From Elusimicrobiota bacterium (GTDB taxonomy: Bacteria; Elusimicrobiota; UBA8919), in contig DMMW01000084.1 of assembly GCA_003452965.1 (NCBI GenBank), positions 20 to 64,019 of the forward strand: 64,000 nt of DNA. Direction: 5' to 3'. The notes beneath the pieces were generated by a model that had not been told where the DNA came from, made no database searches, and saw nothing but the letters and a program-made list of their open reading frames with translations. How positions within the stretch are numbered: position 1 is the first letter of the stretch; every line of letters starts with the position of its first letter. Positions 1 to 10,087 of the stretch are shown here, piece after piece. Both the position numbers and the translations under genes were made by a program.

Positions 1-2
1 TG

Positions 3-30
3 TTGACATATTTGGTAATTTGTGTATAAT
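3..30 (+). promoter_or_regulatory. sigma70-like promoter: TTGACA, 16-bp spacer, extended -10 TGTGTATAAT
   Basis: TTGACA at 3-8 and TATAAT at 25-30 with an upstream TG; about 40 bp before the first CDS. Confidence 0.45.
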
Positions 31-68
31 TTTCACTATAGTTTATTTGTATTTTAGGGGTAATGTAA

Positions 69-1337
69 ATGTTAAAAAAAGTTATTATTGTGATTGGTTG
101 TTTTTTTATTTTTGGATGCACAAGTAAATCAAATTATAACGGTAAAAAAGTTACTATTCGTTTTTCTAACGCGGAAGTAGTGGTAGATCAAATAAAGATA
201 ATGAAAGAAATAGTGAAAGCATTTGAAAAAGAAAATCCGGATATCAAGATTAAAATGGAATGGGGAATAACACCGGAGAAAATTCTTACAGAAGTTGCCG
301 CTGGTGCCGCACCGGATGTTTTTATGTGGTGGATGGGATTGGATGACTTAATAAGACGCGACGCATTGTATCAAATGAGTGATTTTGTGAAAAAGTATAA
401 TATTGATATGAACAAATATTTTTCCTGTATAGTTGATCATTATACATATAACGGTAAATTATATGCATTTCCGCTCCAGGTAAAGACCATGTGTTTGGCG
501 TACAATAAGAATTTTTTTAATAGAAACAACATTCAATATCCTAATGAAAATTGGACATGGAATGATTTTCTTAAAGTTGCCCAGGAACTGACAGATGAAA
601 AAATAGATAATAAAAAGAGGAAGCGGTTCGGGACATTATTACTTTATGTAGATCAATGGATTGGATTGAACGGAGGAAGCATCGTTGATGTTAATAATAA
701 GAAATGTGTTATTGACAGCCATGAAGCAAAGGAAACTCTCGAATTTCTTATTAAACTAAACAAAACAGCATGTCCAACCCAAACCGAGCTGAGTTCATTT
801 AGCGGTAAAGGAGGCGTTGCGCCTTTTTTATCGGGTAATATTGCAATGATACCTGCACCCGCATGGATGCTGGCGCCTATAAGCAATATTAGAAATTTTA
901 AGTGGGACATCGTACCTATGCCCAAGCCGCCCAGAAGTAAAACCAAATATACGTTTGATGATGCAGGTTTGGTTCTTTCAAAAAATTCAAAACATCCTGA
1001 AGAAGCTTTCAGATTTATCAGTTTTTATTGCGGTCCGAAAGGAATGAATATTTTTGCTAAAGGAAGAAACGGTATACCCGCATATAAAAATTCTGCATAT
1101 AACGTATTTATGAAACCTCCACCGCAGGGATTAAAGTATTACCTGGATGTAGCTGAGAAAGCAACCATACCAATAAATCCCAGGTTACTGAAGTTTAACG
1201 AAATGAAAGCTATTTTTATAAAAAATTGGAATAAGGTATTATTTGAAAACAGGAATTTGGATGATACGCTTAAAAATATAAAAAGGGACATAAACGTTAA
1301 GTTTAAAGAGTTAGATAAGGAAAAGAAACATATTTAA
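69..1337 (+). CDS. ABC transporter extracellular solute-binding lipoprotein (sugar-type, family 1)
   Basis: N-terminal lipoprotein signal with lipobox (IFGC); overall SBP-like composition; 422 aa. Confidence 0.75.
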   Translation: MLKKVIIVIGCFFIFGCTSKSNYNGKKVTIRFSNAEVVVDQIKIMKEIVKAFEKENPDIKIKMEWGITPEKILTEVAAGAAPDVFMWWMGLDDLIRRDALYQMSDFVKKYNIDMNKYFSCIVDHYTYNGKLYAFPLQVKTMCLAYNKNFFNRNNIQYPNENWTWNDFLKVAQELTDEKIDNKKRKRFGTLLLYVDQWIGLNGGSIVDVNNKKCVIDSHEAKETLEFLIKLNKTACPTQTELSSFSGKGGVAPFLSGNIAMIPAPAWMLAPISNIRNFKWDIVPMPKPPRSKTKYTFDDAGLVLSKNSKHPEEAFRFISFYCGPKGMNIFAKGRNGIPAYKNSAYNVFMKPPPQGLKYYLDVAEKATIPINPRLLKFNEMKAIFIKNWNKVLFENRNLDDTLKNIKRDINVKFKELDKEKKHI

Positions 1338-1355
1338 ATTTGTATTGGAAATTTT

Positions 1356-2282
1356 ATGTATGATGTAATAATTGTTGGTGGTGGTCCGGCTGGTTTGTCT
1401 GCAGGAATTTATACCGCAAGAGCCAAATTAAAAACATTGTTAATTGACAATTACGGTATTCACGGTCAGATAGCAATGGCAAGTTTGATAGAGAATTATC
1501 CCGGATTTCATGAGGGTATTAACGGTTTGGAATTGTTAGGAAAACTTAAGTCACAGGCAAAAAAATTCGGTATTGAAGAGGCATTTGGCGAAGTAACCGA
1601 TATTGAGCATTTAGATAAGGGATTTAAAATAATAACATCTGAAAATACATATCAGACACTGTCAATAATTATTGCAACCGGCGGAAGACCTAAAATGCTG
1701 AATATTCCTGGAGAGGAAAGATTGAAAGGTTTTGGTATTTCATATTGTGCAACTTGCGATGCCGCTTTGTTCAGGAACAAGTATGTAATTGTTGTCGGCG
1801 GTGGGAACACAGCGATAGGCGACGCGATATTTATTACAAAATTCAGTGAAAAGGTCATGGTTATACATAGGCGGGCTGAATTGAGGGCGAGCAAAATATT
1901 GCAAGAAAAAGCATTTGCGAACGAAAAGATTGAATTTTTATTAAATACTAATGTTTTAGAAATAGGTGGAAAGGATAAAGTGGAAAATATTTTAGTAGAA
2001 AATACACTAACTAAAGAAAAAAGGAAAATGGATTGCGACGGTGTTTTTGTATTCATCGGATACGTTCCAAATACGGAAATGTTAAAAAATACTATTTCAC
2101 TGGACGAATTGGGGTATGTAATCGCGGATGAAGAAATGAAAACTAGCCAGAAAGGTATTTTTGCTTGCGGTGATTGCCGCAAGAAATTATTGAAACAGGT
2201 TATTACTGCAAGCAGCGACGGTGCCGTTGCCGCATATTCCGCTGAGAAATATGTTGAAAATTTAAAAAAGGCTGGTGGATAA
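1356..2282 (+). CDS. trxB: thioredoxin-disulfide reductase
   Basis: FAD motif GGGPAG, redox CATC motif (YCATCDA), second GGGN NAD(P) motif; 308 aa. Confidence 0.9.
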   Translation: MYDVIIVGGGPAGLSAGIYTARAKLKTLLIDNYGIHGQIAMASLIENYPGFHEGINGLELLGKLKSQAKKFGIEEAFGEVTDIEHLDKGFKIITSENTYQTLSIIIATGGRPKMLNIPGEERLKGFGISYCATCDAALFRNKYVIVVGGGNTAIGDAIFITKFSEKVMVIHRRAELRASKILQEKAFANEKIEFLLNTNVLEIGGKDKVENILVENTLTKEKRKMDCDGVFVFIGYVPNTEMLKNTISLDELGYVIADEEMKTSQKGIFACGDCRKKLLKQVITASSDGAVAAYSAEKYVENLKKAGG

Positions 2283-2284
2283 AA

Positions 2285-2518
2285 ATGCCGATATATTCCT
2301 ATGTATGTAATAATTGTAAATGCGAATTTGATTTATTGATTGACAGTACTAATAAAAGTGAGAAAATTAAATGCGAAAAATGTGGAAGCGAAAGTATTTC
2401 AAGAACATTTTCAACTTTTTCGGTGAGTAACTCTGCAAATAATAATATCTGTGAATCAGGTTCCTGCGATATTGCGCGTCAACATGGAGCCTGCTGCCCG
2501 GGATGTAAAATAAAATAG
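2285..2518 (+). CDS. FmdB-family zinc-ribbon protein
   Basis: Starts MPIYSYVCNNC..CEKCG and ends CCPGCK; typical small CxxC...CxxC regulatory ribbon protein. Confidence 0.65.
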   Translation: MPIYSYVCNNCKCEFDLLIDSTNKSEKIKCEKCGSESISRTFSTFSVSNSANNNICESGSCDIARQHGACCPGCKIK

Positions 2519-2614
2519 TATACAGAATACATTACACAGGATTCATCTTTCTAAGATTTTTGACTAGATTTTATGCTGTATTCTGTATCCTGTATTCTGA
2601 GTACTGGAGTAAAT

Positions 2615-3598
2615 ATGCAAATAGGAATTATCGGGCTTCCAAATGTTGGGAAGTCCACACTTTTTAATGCGTTAACAAATGCAAATGCCGTTGTTGCAGA
2701 TTATCCTTTTACAACAATAGAACCGAACATAGGGATAGTTTCGGTTCCGGATACACGGCTTAAAAAACTTGGAGAAATTTATAAACCGGAAAAACTGACA
2801 CCTACTACTATACGTTTTGTTGATATTGCAGGTCTCGTCAAGGGCGCGTCAAAAGGTGAAGGGCTCGGCAATAAATTTCTTTCTCATATACGCGAAATGG
2901 ACGCTCTTGTCCAAGTGGTAAGTTGTTTCAGGGAAAACTGTAATCCTTCAGATGAAATAGAAACAATAAAACTGGAACTATTTTTAGCGGATTTGGAAGT
3001 TGTTGTCCGCAGGATATCTTCTATATCCCCAAAAGCGAAATGTGGTATTAAGGAAGCAAAAGAGGAATTAGAAATTCTTTATACAATAAAAGATTCAATT
3101 GAAAAAGGAAACGTATATAACTTTCGGGTGTCATCCGAATTGCAGCTTCTGACATCAATACCGATATTTTACATTGTCAATGTCAAAGACATAAATTTTC
3201 AAATTCCAAAAAGTAAATATGAATTAGTTCCGATTAATGCCAAACTTGAAAACGAAATTTTGGAACTTTCCGATGCGGAAAAGAAAGAATTGGAAGTAAA
3301 ATCGGATTTAGATAAACTGATTTTAGCGGGCTATAAGATTCTTGATTTAATAACATTTTATACGACAGTCGGAACCGAAATAAGGGCATGGAATATTAAA
3401 AAAGGAACTTCTGCACAGAAAGCTGCGGGCAAGATTCATAGCGATTTTGAAAAGAACTTTATAAGAGCCGAAGTTTTCAATTTTTCTGAACTTGAAAAAT
3501 ACGGTTCCGAAAAAACATTACGTGAAAACGGTCTTATCCGTGTTGAAGGCAAGGAATATGTAGTTAAAGACGGCGATGTAATGAATATAAAAATATGA
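2615..3598 (+). CDS. ychF: ribosome-binding ATPase YchF (Obg-family GTPase)
   Basis: MQIGIIGLPNVGKSTLFNALT G1 motif, TGS-like C-terminus; GGAG RBS before the ATG at 2615 (track ORF starts further upstream at 2573). Confidence 0.9.
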   Translation: MQIGIIGLPNVGKSTLFNALTNANAVVADYPFTTIEPNIGIVSVPDTRLKKLGEIYKPEKLTPTTIRFVDIAGLVKGASKGEGLGNKFLSHIREMDALVQVVSCFRENCNPSDEIETIKLELFLADLEVVVRRISSISPKAKCGIKEAKEELEILYTIKDSIEKGNVYNFRVSSELQLLTSIPIFYIVNVKDINFQIPKSKYELVPINAKLENEILELSDAEKKELEVKSDLDKLILAGYKILDLITFYTTVGTEIRAWNIKKGTSAQKAAGKIHSDFEKNFIRAEVFNFSELEKYGSEKTLRENGLIRVEGKEYVVKDGDVMNIKI

Positions 3599-4386
3599 AA
3601 AATCTTTCAAACTATTTTAATGTTGCAAAAAGTGCTGTTTTTAGTTCAGGGGAAATACTGAAAAAATACTTTTATGGTAATTTTAGGGTTGACTATAAAA
3701 GTGAGAGAAATCCTGTTACGACCGCAGATAAGAAATCCGAGAACAATATTAAGAGGATTTTAAGTGATAATTTTTCTAATATAGGTTTTTTATGTGAAGA
3801 AAGCTGTGACTTAGGAGTAGTCAATGAAAATGAATTGATGTGGATTTTGGACCCGCTAGACGGAACGGTCAATTTTGTACATAGATTACCTGTTTTTTCA
3901 ATTTCACTTGCACTCTACAATGGCAAGGAAGGTTTGTTGGGAATTGTTTATAATCCTATTAGCGGCGAATTTTTTTCTGCAATAAAAAATAAAGGCGCCT
4001 ATCTTAATAATAAAAGAATAGAAGTTTCTAATATAAATAATATTGAGCATTCACTATTGGTAACCGGTTTTCCATACGATTATAAGAAAAAAGAGAAGAA
4101 GGTATTAGGAAATTTCAAAAAATTTGTTTATCATGCGGAAGGTATAAGGCGGTTTGGTTCTGCTGCAATTGATTTGTGTTACGTGGCTTCAGGCCGTTTT
4201 GAAGGTTTTTGGGAAGAAGGATTAAAACCTTGGGATGTGGCTGCCGGTGCGGTTGTTTTGAAGGAATCTGGGGGAAAAATCTCGGATTATAAAGGTACGG
4301 AAGAATATTTATATAGCGGTAATCTTATAGCATCAAATTCAAAAATCCATAAAAAGATGTTTAATATTATCTGGAGGAAAGTATGA
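3595..4386 (+). CDS. inositol monophosphatase family protein (SuhB-like)
   Basis: WILDPLDGTVNF and WDVAAGAVVLKESGG motifs. Confidence 0.85.
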   Translation: MKNLSNYFNVAKSAVFSSGEILKKYFYGNFRVDYKSERNPVTTADKKSENNIKRILSDNFSNIGFLCEESCDLGVVNENELMWILDPLDGTVNFVHRLPVFSISLALYNGKEGLLGIVYNPISGEFFSAIKNKGAYLNNKRIEVSNINNIEHSLLVTGFPYDYKKKEKKVLGNFKKFVYHAEGIRRFGSAAIDLCYVASGRFEGFWEEGLKPWDVAAGAVVLKESGGKISDYKGTEEYLYSGNLIASNSKIHKKMFNIIWRKV

Positions 4387-5435
4387 TTTGCCCAAGTTGC
4401 GGTAATGTTTCCGAACAAAACGATAAGTATTGCAATCGGTGCGGTTTGGTTGTAAGCGTTAAAACACAAAAACTATTTGATAGCGTCGGTACATTGAGTT
4501 GGATTATGCGCCGTGCTTTAGGCGGTATGTTTGCAGGTATTATCGGATGGATACTTTCTATTGCATTGAGCCGTACTATAGGTTCTTCATCATCTATGAT
4601 TGTTCATTTGGTTGTAGGCGGAGCAATCGGTGGAGCGTTTTTAGGAAATGTGGGCGGCATTATTGAGCATTCGTCATATAAGGCATTCTTGGGTGGTATA
4701 TTGGGTTGTATAGGTGGTATATTGGGCGGTTTAATAAATAGACCTCTATATGATTATTTTTCTGCACATACTATGGCATATTCAATATCGCATTCTTTTT
4801 CTTGGTCTATTGCCGGGCTTTTTATCGGTGCTACAAGCGGTCTTATAGAAAAGAATATTAATAAAGTAATAGTAGGGGTGGTAGCCGGTTTTATAGGCGG
4901 AGCAATCGGCGGCGGTTTGGGTTCCGGTTTGTATGTATCTTTGGTGCTGGACATTAGTCGTCCTAATTGGATTACTGCAAGATTTGTTGAAGCGATTGCC
5001 GGTGCAGTTGTTGGAATGAATTTATGGTTCGTATTAGGGCTTGTAGAGAAAATATACATTTTTGACCGAAAGCAATTACGTGATGAGACCGAGAAAATTT
5101 GTGATTTTTGTAACGCACATAATTCGTTAAAAGCTTGGTATTGTAAAAACTGCGGCAAGGCGCTTCAGGTTTCAGCTTCCGTTGAAAAGCTTAAGATTAC
5201 GCCGTATAGGTCACTTGAAAGGATTGCAAATGCATTTAAATTTATTTCATGGCTATCCGCTGTTGCAGGAGTAGTGCTTGTTATAATAATATTCATTTTT
5301 TTATTATTTAAAAATCCGTTTTTTGCAGTATTTGTGTCTATAGCACTGGCTATTTTGGTTTATATAATTTCTGTTTTACTTAACGGGACTTCAGAAGTTA
5401 TTACTAAATTTATAAAATTAAGGGAATTGGAGTAA
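4383..5435 (+). CDS. membrane protein with N- and C-terminal zinc ribbons and glycine-zipper TM helices
   Basis: CPSCG..CNRCG at the N-terminus, CDFCNAHN..CKNCG near the C-terminus, several GxxxG-rich hydrophobic segments. Confidence 0.55.
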   Translation: MICPSCGNVSEQNDKYCNRCGLVVSVKTQKLFDSVGTLSWIMRRALGGMFAGIIGWILSIALSRTIGSSSSMIVHLVVGGAIGGAFLGNVGGIIEHSSYKAFLGGILGCIGGILGGLINRPLYDYFSAHTMAYSISHSFSWSIAGLFIGATSGLIEKNINKVIVGVVAGFIGGAIGGGLGSGLYVSLVLDISRPNWITARFVEAIAGAVVGMNLWFVLGLVEKIYIFDRKQLRDETEKICDFCNAHNSLKAWYCKNCGKALQVSASVEKLKITPYRSLERIANAFKFISWLSAVAGVVLVIIIFIFLLFKNPFFAVFVSIALAILVYIISVLLNGTSEVITKFIKLRELE

Positions 5436-5516
5436 AGGGTTATAGAGTTTTAGAGTTCGTAGAGTTTATAGGGTTAAAAATCCCGTAAACGATTATTTAA
5501 TAGGGAGAATAAGGTT

Positions 5517-6941
5517 ATGATTAAGTTTGGTACATCGGGTTGGAGAGGGATAATAGCAGATGATTTTACATTTGATAATGTTAAAATTGTAACACAGGCG
5601 ATAGCGGATTATGTAAAACAGAATAACAAAAATAATCCTAAAATAATTGTTGGTTATGATCCGCGTTTTCATTCTGAAAATTTTTCAAAATTATCATCGT
5701 CCGTACTTGCAGGAAATGGGATAAAGGTTTTGCTTACAAAAAGGGATTGTCCGACACCCGTTATATCTTACGAAATAATTCGCAGGAAAACGGACGGTGG
5801 CATAAATTTTACTGCAAGTCATAATCCACCTGAATACAACGGATTAAAATTTTCGCCTTCATGGGGCGGACCTGCACTTCCCGAAACAACAAAAGCGATT
5901 GAAAAAAGGTGCGAAGAATTGTTACAGGCATCATCGAAAACGGAAATTAAAGAAATTGATTTTTCAGAAGGGAAAAAGAAAGGATTAATTGAAGAGATTG
6001 AACCTGAAAATCTTTATATTAAACGTTTGCATCAACTGGTAGACTTGAAAGCGATTAAAAAGTCAAATCTGAAGATGATAATAGATCTTCTATACGGTAC
6101 AGGACGCGGATATCTGGATAAGATTCTTGAAGATACGGGATGTAGAGTGAAAGTTTTGCACAATTACAGGGATGTGCTTTTTGGCGGACATCCACCGGAA
6201 CCGTCAAAGGAAAACCTCGGTGAATTACTGAAAATTTTGAAAAAAGAAAAATATAATCTCGGGCTCGGAACGGATGGTGACGCTGATAGATTCGGAATAA
6301 TAGATAGAGATGGTACTTTTATTACTCCTAACGATACGATAGCGCTTCTGCTTAATCATCTTGTGAAAACCAGGAATTGGAAGGGTGTTGTTGCACGTTC
6401 TGTTATGACAACGCACTTGGTTGATGCGGTTGCAAAAAAACATGGTATTGAAGTAAGGGAGACACCAGTCGGTTTTAAATATATAGGCGACGTGATGCTT
6501 AAGGAAGATATGATAATAGGCGGTGAAGAATCAGGCGGACTTACCATATTGGGTCATATACCGGAAAAAGATGGGATTTTGGCTTGTCTTCTGGTAGCTG
6601 AAATGGTGGCTATAAATAAAAAGCCGATTAAAGAGATTTTAAAGCAGATTTACAAAGAAGTAGGAGTGATATTATCAACAAGGCTTAATTTCCGTATGCC
6701 GCAAGAAAAAATGGAACAGGTAAAATCTAAATTGGCGCAGAATCCACCTTCGGAAATAGCTTCACTCAAAGTTAAGGATATAAATAAACTTGACGGCTAC
6801 AAATTTATACTTGAAGACGGTTCTTGGGTAGGATTGCGACTTTCTGGCACGGAGCCGGTTATAAGAATTTATGTTGAAGCGAGCAACAATAAAAAAATAA
6901 ACGCATTAGCGGATGCCTCAAAAAAATTCTTAAGCGACTAA
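5517..6941 (+). CDS. phosphoglucomutase/phosphomannomutase (alpha-D-phosphohexomutase family)
   Basis: GTSGWRG N-terminal motif, TASHNP active-site serine loop, GEESGG sugar-binding loop. Confidence 0.85.
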   Translation: MIKFGTSGWRGIIADDFTFDNVKIVTQAIADYVKQNNKNNPKIIVGYDPRFHSENFSKLSSSVLAGNGIKVLLTKRDCPTPVISYEIIRRKTDGGINFTASHNPPEYNGLKFSPSWGGPALPETTKAIEKRCEELLQASSKTEIKEIDFSEGKKKGLIEEIEPENLYIKRLHQLVDLKAIKKSNLKMIIDLLYGTGRGYLDKILEDTGCRVKVLHNYRDVLFGGHPPEPSKENLGELLKILKKEKYNLGLGTDGDADRFGIIDRDGTFITPNDTIALLLNHLVKTRNWKGVVARSVMTTHLVDAVAKKHGIEVRETPVGFKYIGDVMLKEDMIIGGEESGGLTILGHIPEKDGILACLLVAEMVAINKKPIKEILKQIYKEVGVILSTRLNFRMPQEKMEQVKSKLAQNPPSEIASLKVKDINKLDGYKFILEDGSWVGLRLSGTEPVIRIYVEASNNKKINALADASKKFLSD

Positions 6942-6942
6942 T

Positions 6943-8121
6943 ATGAATTTTAGTAAAATAGTGTTAGTATGCATACAAAGTATTATTATTTTTGTTCCGA
7001 TAATATATTTTATTTTACCCGATAACGGTCATATAATAAGCAAAGTTTTATTCGGGATTTTAGGTATTTTGCTGTTTGTTATGTTATTTTTAAAAGTATA
7101 TTTGAAAAAAATATGGATGCAGAACGCCTACCTTAAAATTCCTCTTTTTCTATATTTATTTACGATACTTATTTCAGTTAAAAACTCCGGAAATGTTAAA
7201 TTGGTGTTTGAATCTGCATTGTTTTTTTTGATATTGATGCTTATCTACTATGTAGTTCTTTTATTTTCTGAAAAAGAACGGTCATCGCTAATAAATGCTT
7301 TTATTGTTTCAGCCGCTGTAATAACATGTTTTGCTTTTTCACAATATTTGAGTATCAACTTTTTTAAGTGGTTGCCGAATTTTATTATTGATTTTAATAT
7401 TAATAATTATTCAGGCTTTTTTTTATTAATGTTTCCGATTATTTTTATTATGATGATACAAACAAGAGGAATATTAAAGCATGTTTTTTTGATGCTATTC
7501 TGTTTTGTTATATGTATCAATTTAATTGTCACAAAAATATGCAGCGTATGGGTTATTTTTCTGGTATCTATGCTTTTATTGGTATATGGACAGGTTATTT
7601 ATCTGAAAAGAAAATTTAGTACAATTAAAAGAATATCAAGAGGCAGCTACTGGATATCACTCATGGTTTTTGCCATATTGCTTTTTTCTATAGATAAATA
7701 CGGTACATTGAAAAAATATATCTGTAGAGATGATGTATTGGTAAATAATAGCGTAACATATTTTATGGCAGCTTGGCAGACAGTGAAAGAGTTCCCTGTT
7801 TTTGGAATCGGTGCGGGCAGTACTCCTAAGTATAATAGCGGAATTTTTATCAAGCATTTTATTGAGACAGGTTTATTGGGGTTAGCGATATATGTCTTGA
7901 TATTTATCCGTTATTTTTATATTTGTATAAGCGGTTTTTTAAAAAACATTGATTTTAAAGAAAGTGATTTTAATATGCTTTTTGGAATATTCATTGGAAT
8001 TACCTCGTTTTTCTTGCATACTTTAACAATTTACTCATTTTTTGCATTCCCAGTGTATATTATTCTTTTTGTTTTTCTCGGTCTTTCCGAATCCTATCTA
8101 AAGAATAGTGCGATAGTGTGA
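6943..8121 (+). CDS. polytopic membrane protein, O-antigen ligase/polymerase (Wzy_C)-like
   Basis: About 10 or more predicted TM segments with the large loop typical of the O-antigen ligase family; weak call. Confidence 0.5.
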   Translation: MNFSKIVLVCIQSIIIFVPIIYFILPDNGHIISKVLFGILGILLFVMLFLKVYLKKIWMQNAYLKIPLFLYLFTILISVKNSGNVKLVFESALFFLILMLIYYVVLLFSEKERSSLINAFIVSAAVITCFAFSQYLSINFFKWLPNFIIDFNINNYSGFFLLMFPIIFIMMIQTRGILKHVFLMLFCFVICINLIVTKICSVWVIFLVSMLLLVYGQVIYLKRKFSTIKRISRGSYWISLMVFAILLFSIDKYGTLKKYICRDDVLVNNSVTYFMAAWQTVKEFPVFGIGAGSTPKYNSGIFIKHFIETGLLGLAIYVLIFIRYFYICISGFLKNIDFKESDFNMLFGIFIGITSFFLHTLTIYSFFAFPVYIILFVFLGLSESYLKNSAIV

Positions 8122-8200
8122 TAGTGCCTGCCCGCCCCCACCACTGAAACGTTGGCGGGCAAGAAAGGTTTAGTGGCGGGCGATAGTGTGTCCGCCGTCC
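8110..8200. repeat. GC-rich hairpin element (MITE/REP-like) flanked by an 11-bp direct repeat GCGATAGTGTG
   Basis: GCGATAGTGTG at 8110-8120 and 8180-8190 flanks CCCACCACTGAAAC...GTTTAGTGGCGGG inverted arms; related copies at 39590-39650 and 45165-45225 (inverted). Confidence 0.6.
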
Positions 8201-8291
8201 AAAGGAGGAAGATTCCATTAACCTATCCTATCCCACAATGCCCCTTTTTCTTATGTTGACAAACAAGTATAAAAAAACTAAAATATAATTA

Positions 8292-8858
8292 ATGAAACCG
8301 GGTATACCAATCGTTATTTCAGCACCTTCAGGTGCAGGTAAAACTACTATAGTTAATCTTATACTTAAAAGAATTAAAGGTCTGAAATATTCCATATCGA
8401 CAACAACTCGGCCGCCTTCAAAAAATGAAAAAAACGGCAGGGACTATTACTTTCTGTCAAAAAAAGAGTTTTTAAATAAAAGGAAAGCAAGGAAATTCAT
8501 TGAAACAGCCATAGTACACGGATATTATTACGGAACACTTAAAGAAAAACTTGATAATAACCTTAAGAAGGGCAAAGATGTAGTATTGAATATTGATGTA
8601 AAAGGTGCATTAAATGTAAAAAAAATATATCCGGAGTCGTTGTTGATTTTCGTTATTCCACCTTCAATGAAAGTGCTTGAAGATAGATTGAGAAAACGCC
8701 ATCGTGATTCCGAACAGGAAATAAAAAAACGGTTAAAGAATGCAAAAATGGAAATGGAATATAGAAAGTATTATGATTATATAGTAGTGAATGATTCGCT
8801 GGAGAAAGCGTTTAACGAAATAAAGAACATTATTAAAGAGAGGATGAAAAATGACTGA
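8292..8858 (+). CDS. gmk: guanylate kinase
   Basis: P-loop SAPSGAGKTT; 188 aa, typical length and family composition. Confidence 0.9.
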   Translation: MKPGIPIVISAPSGAGKTTIVNLILKRIKGLKYSISTTTRPPSKNEKNGRDYYFLSKKEFLNKRKARKFIETAIVHGYYYGTLKEKLDNNLKKGKDVVLNIDVKGALNVKKIYPESLLIFVIPPSMKVLEDRLRKRHRDSEQEIKKRLKNAKMEMEYRKYYDYIVVNDSLEKAFNEIKNIIKERMKND

Positions 8859-9399
8859 TTTAAAAAATAAGAATATCATCATAGGAATTAGCGGTTCAAT
8901 TGCGGCATATAAGTCATGCGAGATTATACGTCTGTTGATTAAATCAGGTGCATCAGTTATCCCTGTTATGACAAAAAATGCATCGGAATTCATAACGCCG
9001 CTTACTATCCAGACATTATCAAGGAATAAAGTATATATCAATATGTTTTCTATAGATTTTGACTGGGAAATTGAGCACGTATCAATAGCGAAAAAATCCG
9101 ATTTATTTTTAATTGCACCTGCAACAGCCAATATTATAGCAAAGATTGCATCCGGGATAGCCGATGACGCCCTCACGACACTTGCACTTTCCGTCAAATG
9201 CCCGATAGTGTTCTGTCCTGCAATGAATTCTGAGATGTATAAGAATCCTATCACACAAAAAAACATCTTATATCTCAAGGGAATCGGTTGCAAATTTATT
9301 GGTCCTGAAAAAGGTGAACTCGCCTGTTGTGATAAAGATATCGGCAGAATGTCCGAGCCAGACAAAATCATATCTGAATTAAATAAATATATAAAATGA
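8851..9399 (+). CDS. coaC: phosphopantothenoylcysteine decarboxylase (flavoprotein, CoaC)
   Basis: IIIGISGSIAAYK flavin-binding N-terminus; separate ORF from coaB. Confidence 0.85.
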   Translation: MTDLKNKNIIIGISGSIAAYKSCEIIRLLIKSGASVIPVMTKNASEFITPLTIQTLSRNKVYINMFSIDFDWEIEHVSIAKKSDLFLIAPATANIIAKIASGIADDALTTLALSVKCPIVFCPAMNSEMYKNPITQKNILYLKGIGCKFIGPEKGELACCDKDIGRMSEPDKIISELNKYIK

Positions 9400-10028
9400 A
9401 AAAGAAAGTTGTTTTGATAACAGCGGGTCCTACAAAGGAATATATTGATCCTATAAGGTTTATTTCTAATGATTCTTCCGGCAAAATGGGTTATCTTTTA
9501 GCGGAGGAATCTAAGAAATTAGGGGATGTAATTTTAATTAGCGGCCCGACCTGTCTAAAACCGCCTAAAGGAATAAAATTTATCAAAGTTATTTCCGCCT
9601 CGGAAATGTTTAATCAGGTTAAAAAATATTTTAACAAATGCGATGTTTTTATTTCTTGTGCCGCGGTAAGCGACTATAAGGTAAAAAATGCATCTAAAGA
9701 TAAGATAAAGAAAACAATCGGGAAACTAAAATTGGAATTGATATCTAATCCGGATATTCTTCTTGAAGTTTCAAAAGAAAAATATAATAATAAAAGGATT
9801 CTTGTTGGTTTTGCACTTGAAACTAATAATTTGATTAAAAATGCGCAAAATAAGTTTATTAAGAAAAAGTTGGATATCATAATTGCAAACGAGCCAAGCA
9901 CAATCAATAGTGACAGAAGCAAAGGCGCTATTATAACCGAAGATAAAATTAAAAAATTCAAAAGCATTTCAAAAAAGTCTTTAGCTGAAATAATTATTGG
10001 TGATATAAGAGGAGTATTAACACGCTGA
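9396..10028 (+). CDS. coaB: phosphopantothenate-cysteine ligase (CoaB)
   Basis: VLITAGPTKEYIDPIRFISNDSSGKMG motif; overlaps the coaC stop. Confidence 0.85.
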   Translation: MKKKVVLITAGPTKEYIDPIRFISNDSSGKMGYLLAEESKKLGDVILISGPTCLKPPKGIKFIKVISASEMFNQVKKYFNKCDVFISCAAVSDYKVKNASKDKIKKTIGKLKLELISNPDILLEVSKEKYNNKRILVGFALETNNLIKNAQNKFIKKKLDIIIANEPSTINSDRSKGAIITEDKIKKFKSISKKSLAEIIIGDIRGVLTR

Positions 10029-10087
10029 ATTTTGATAAATTATCGTTTAAAGCAAAGCTTCTAATAACATTTATTATTGTTAATACT

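Noticed and set aside
8245-8291. Promoter upstream of gmk (TTGACA ... TATAAT)
   Set aside because: The spacing between the best -35 (8256) and -10 (8284) is about 22 bp, too long for a confident sigma70 call.
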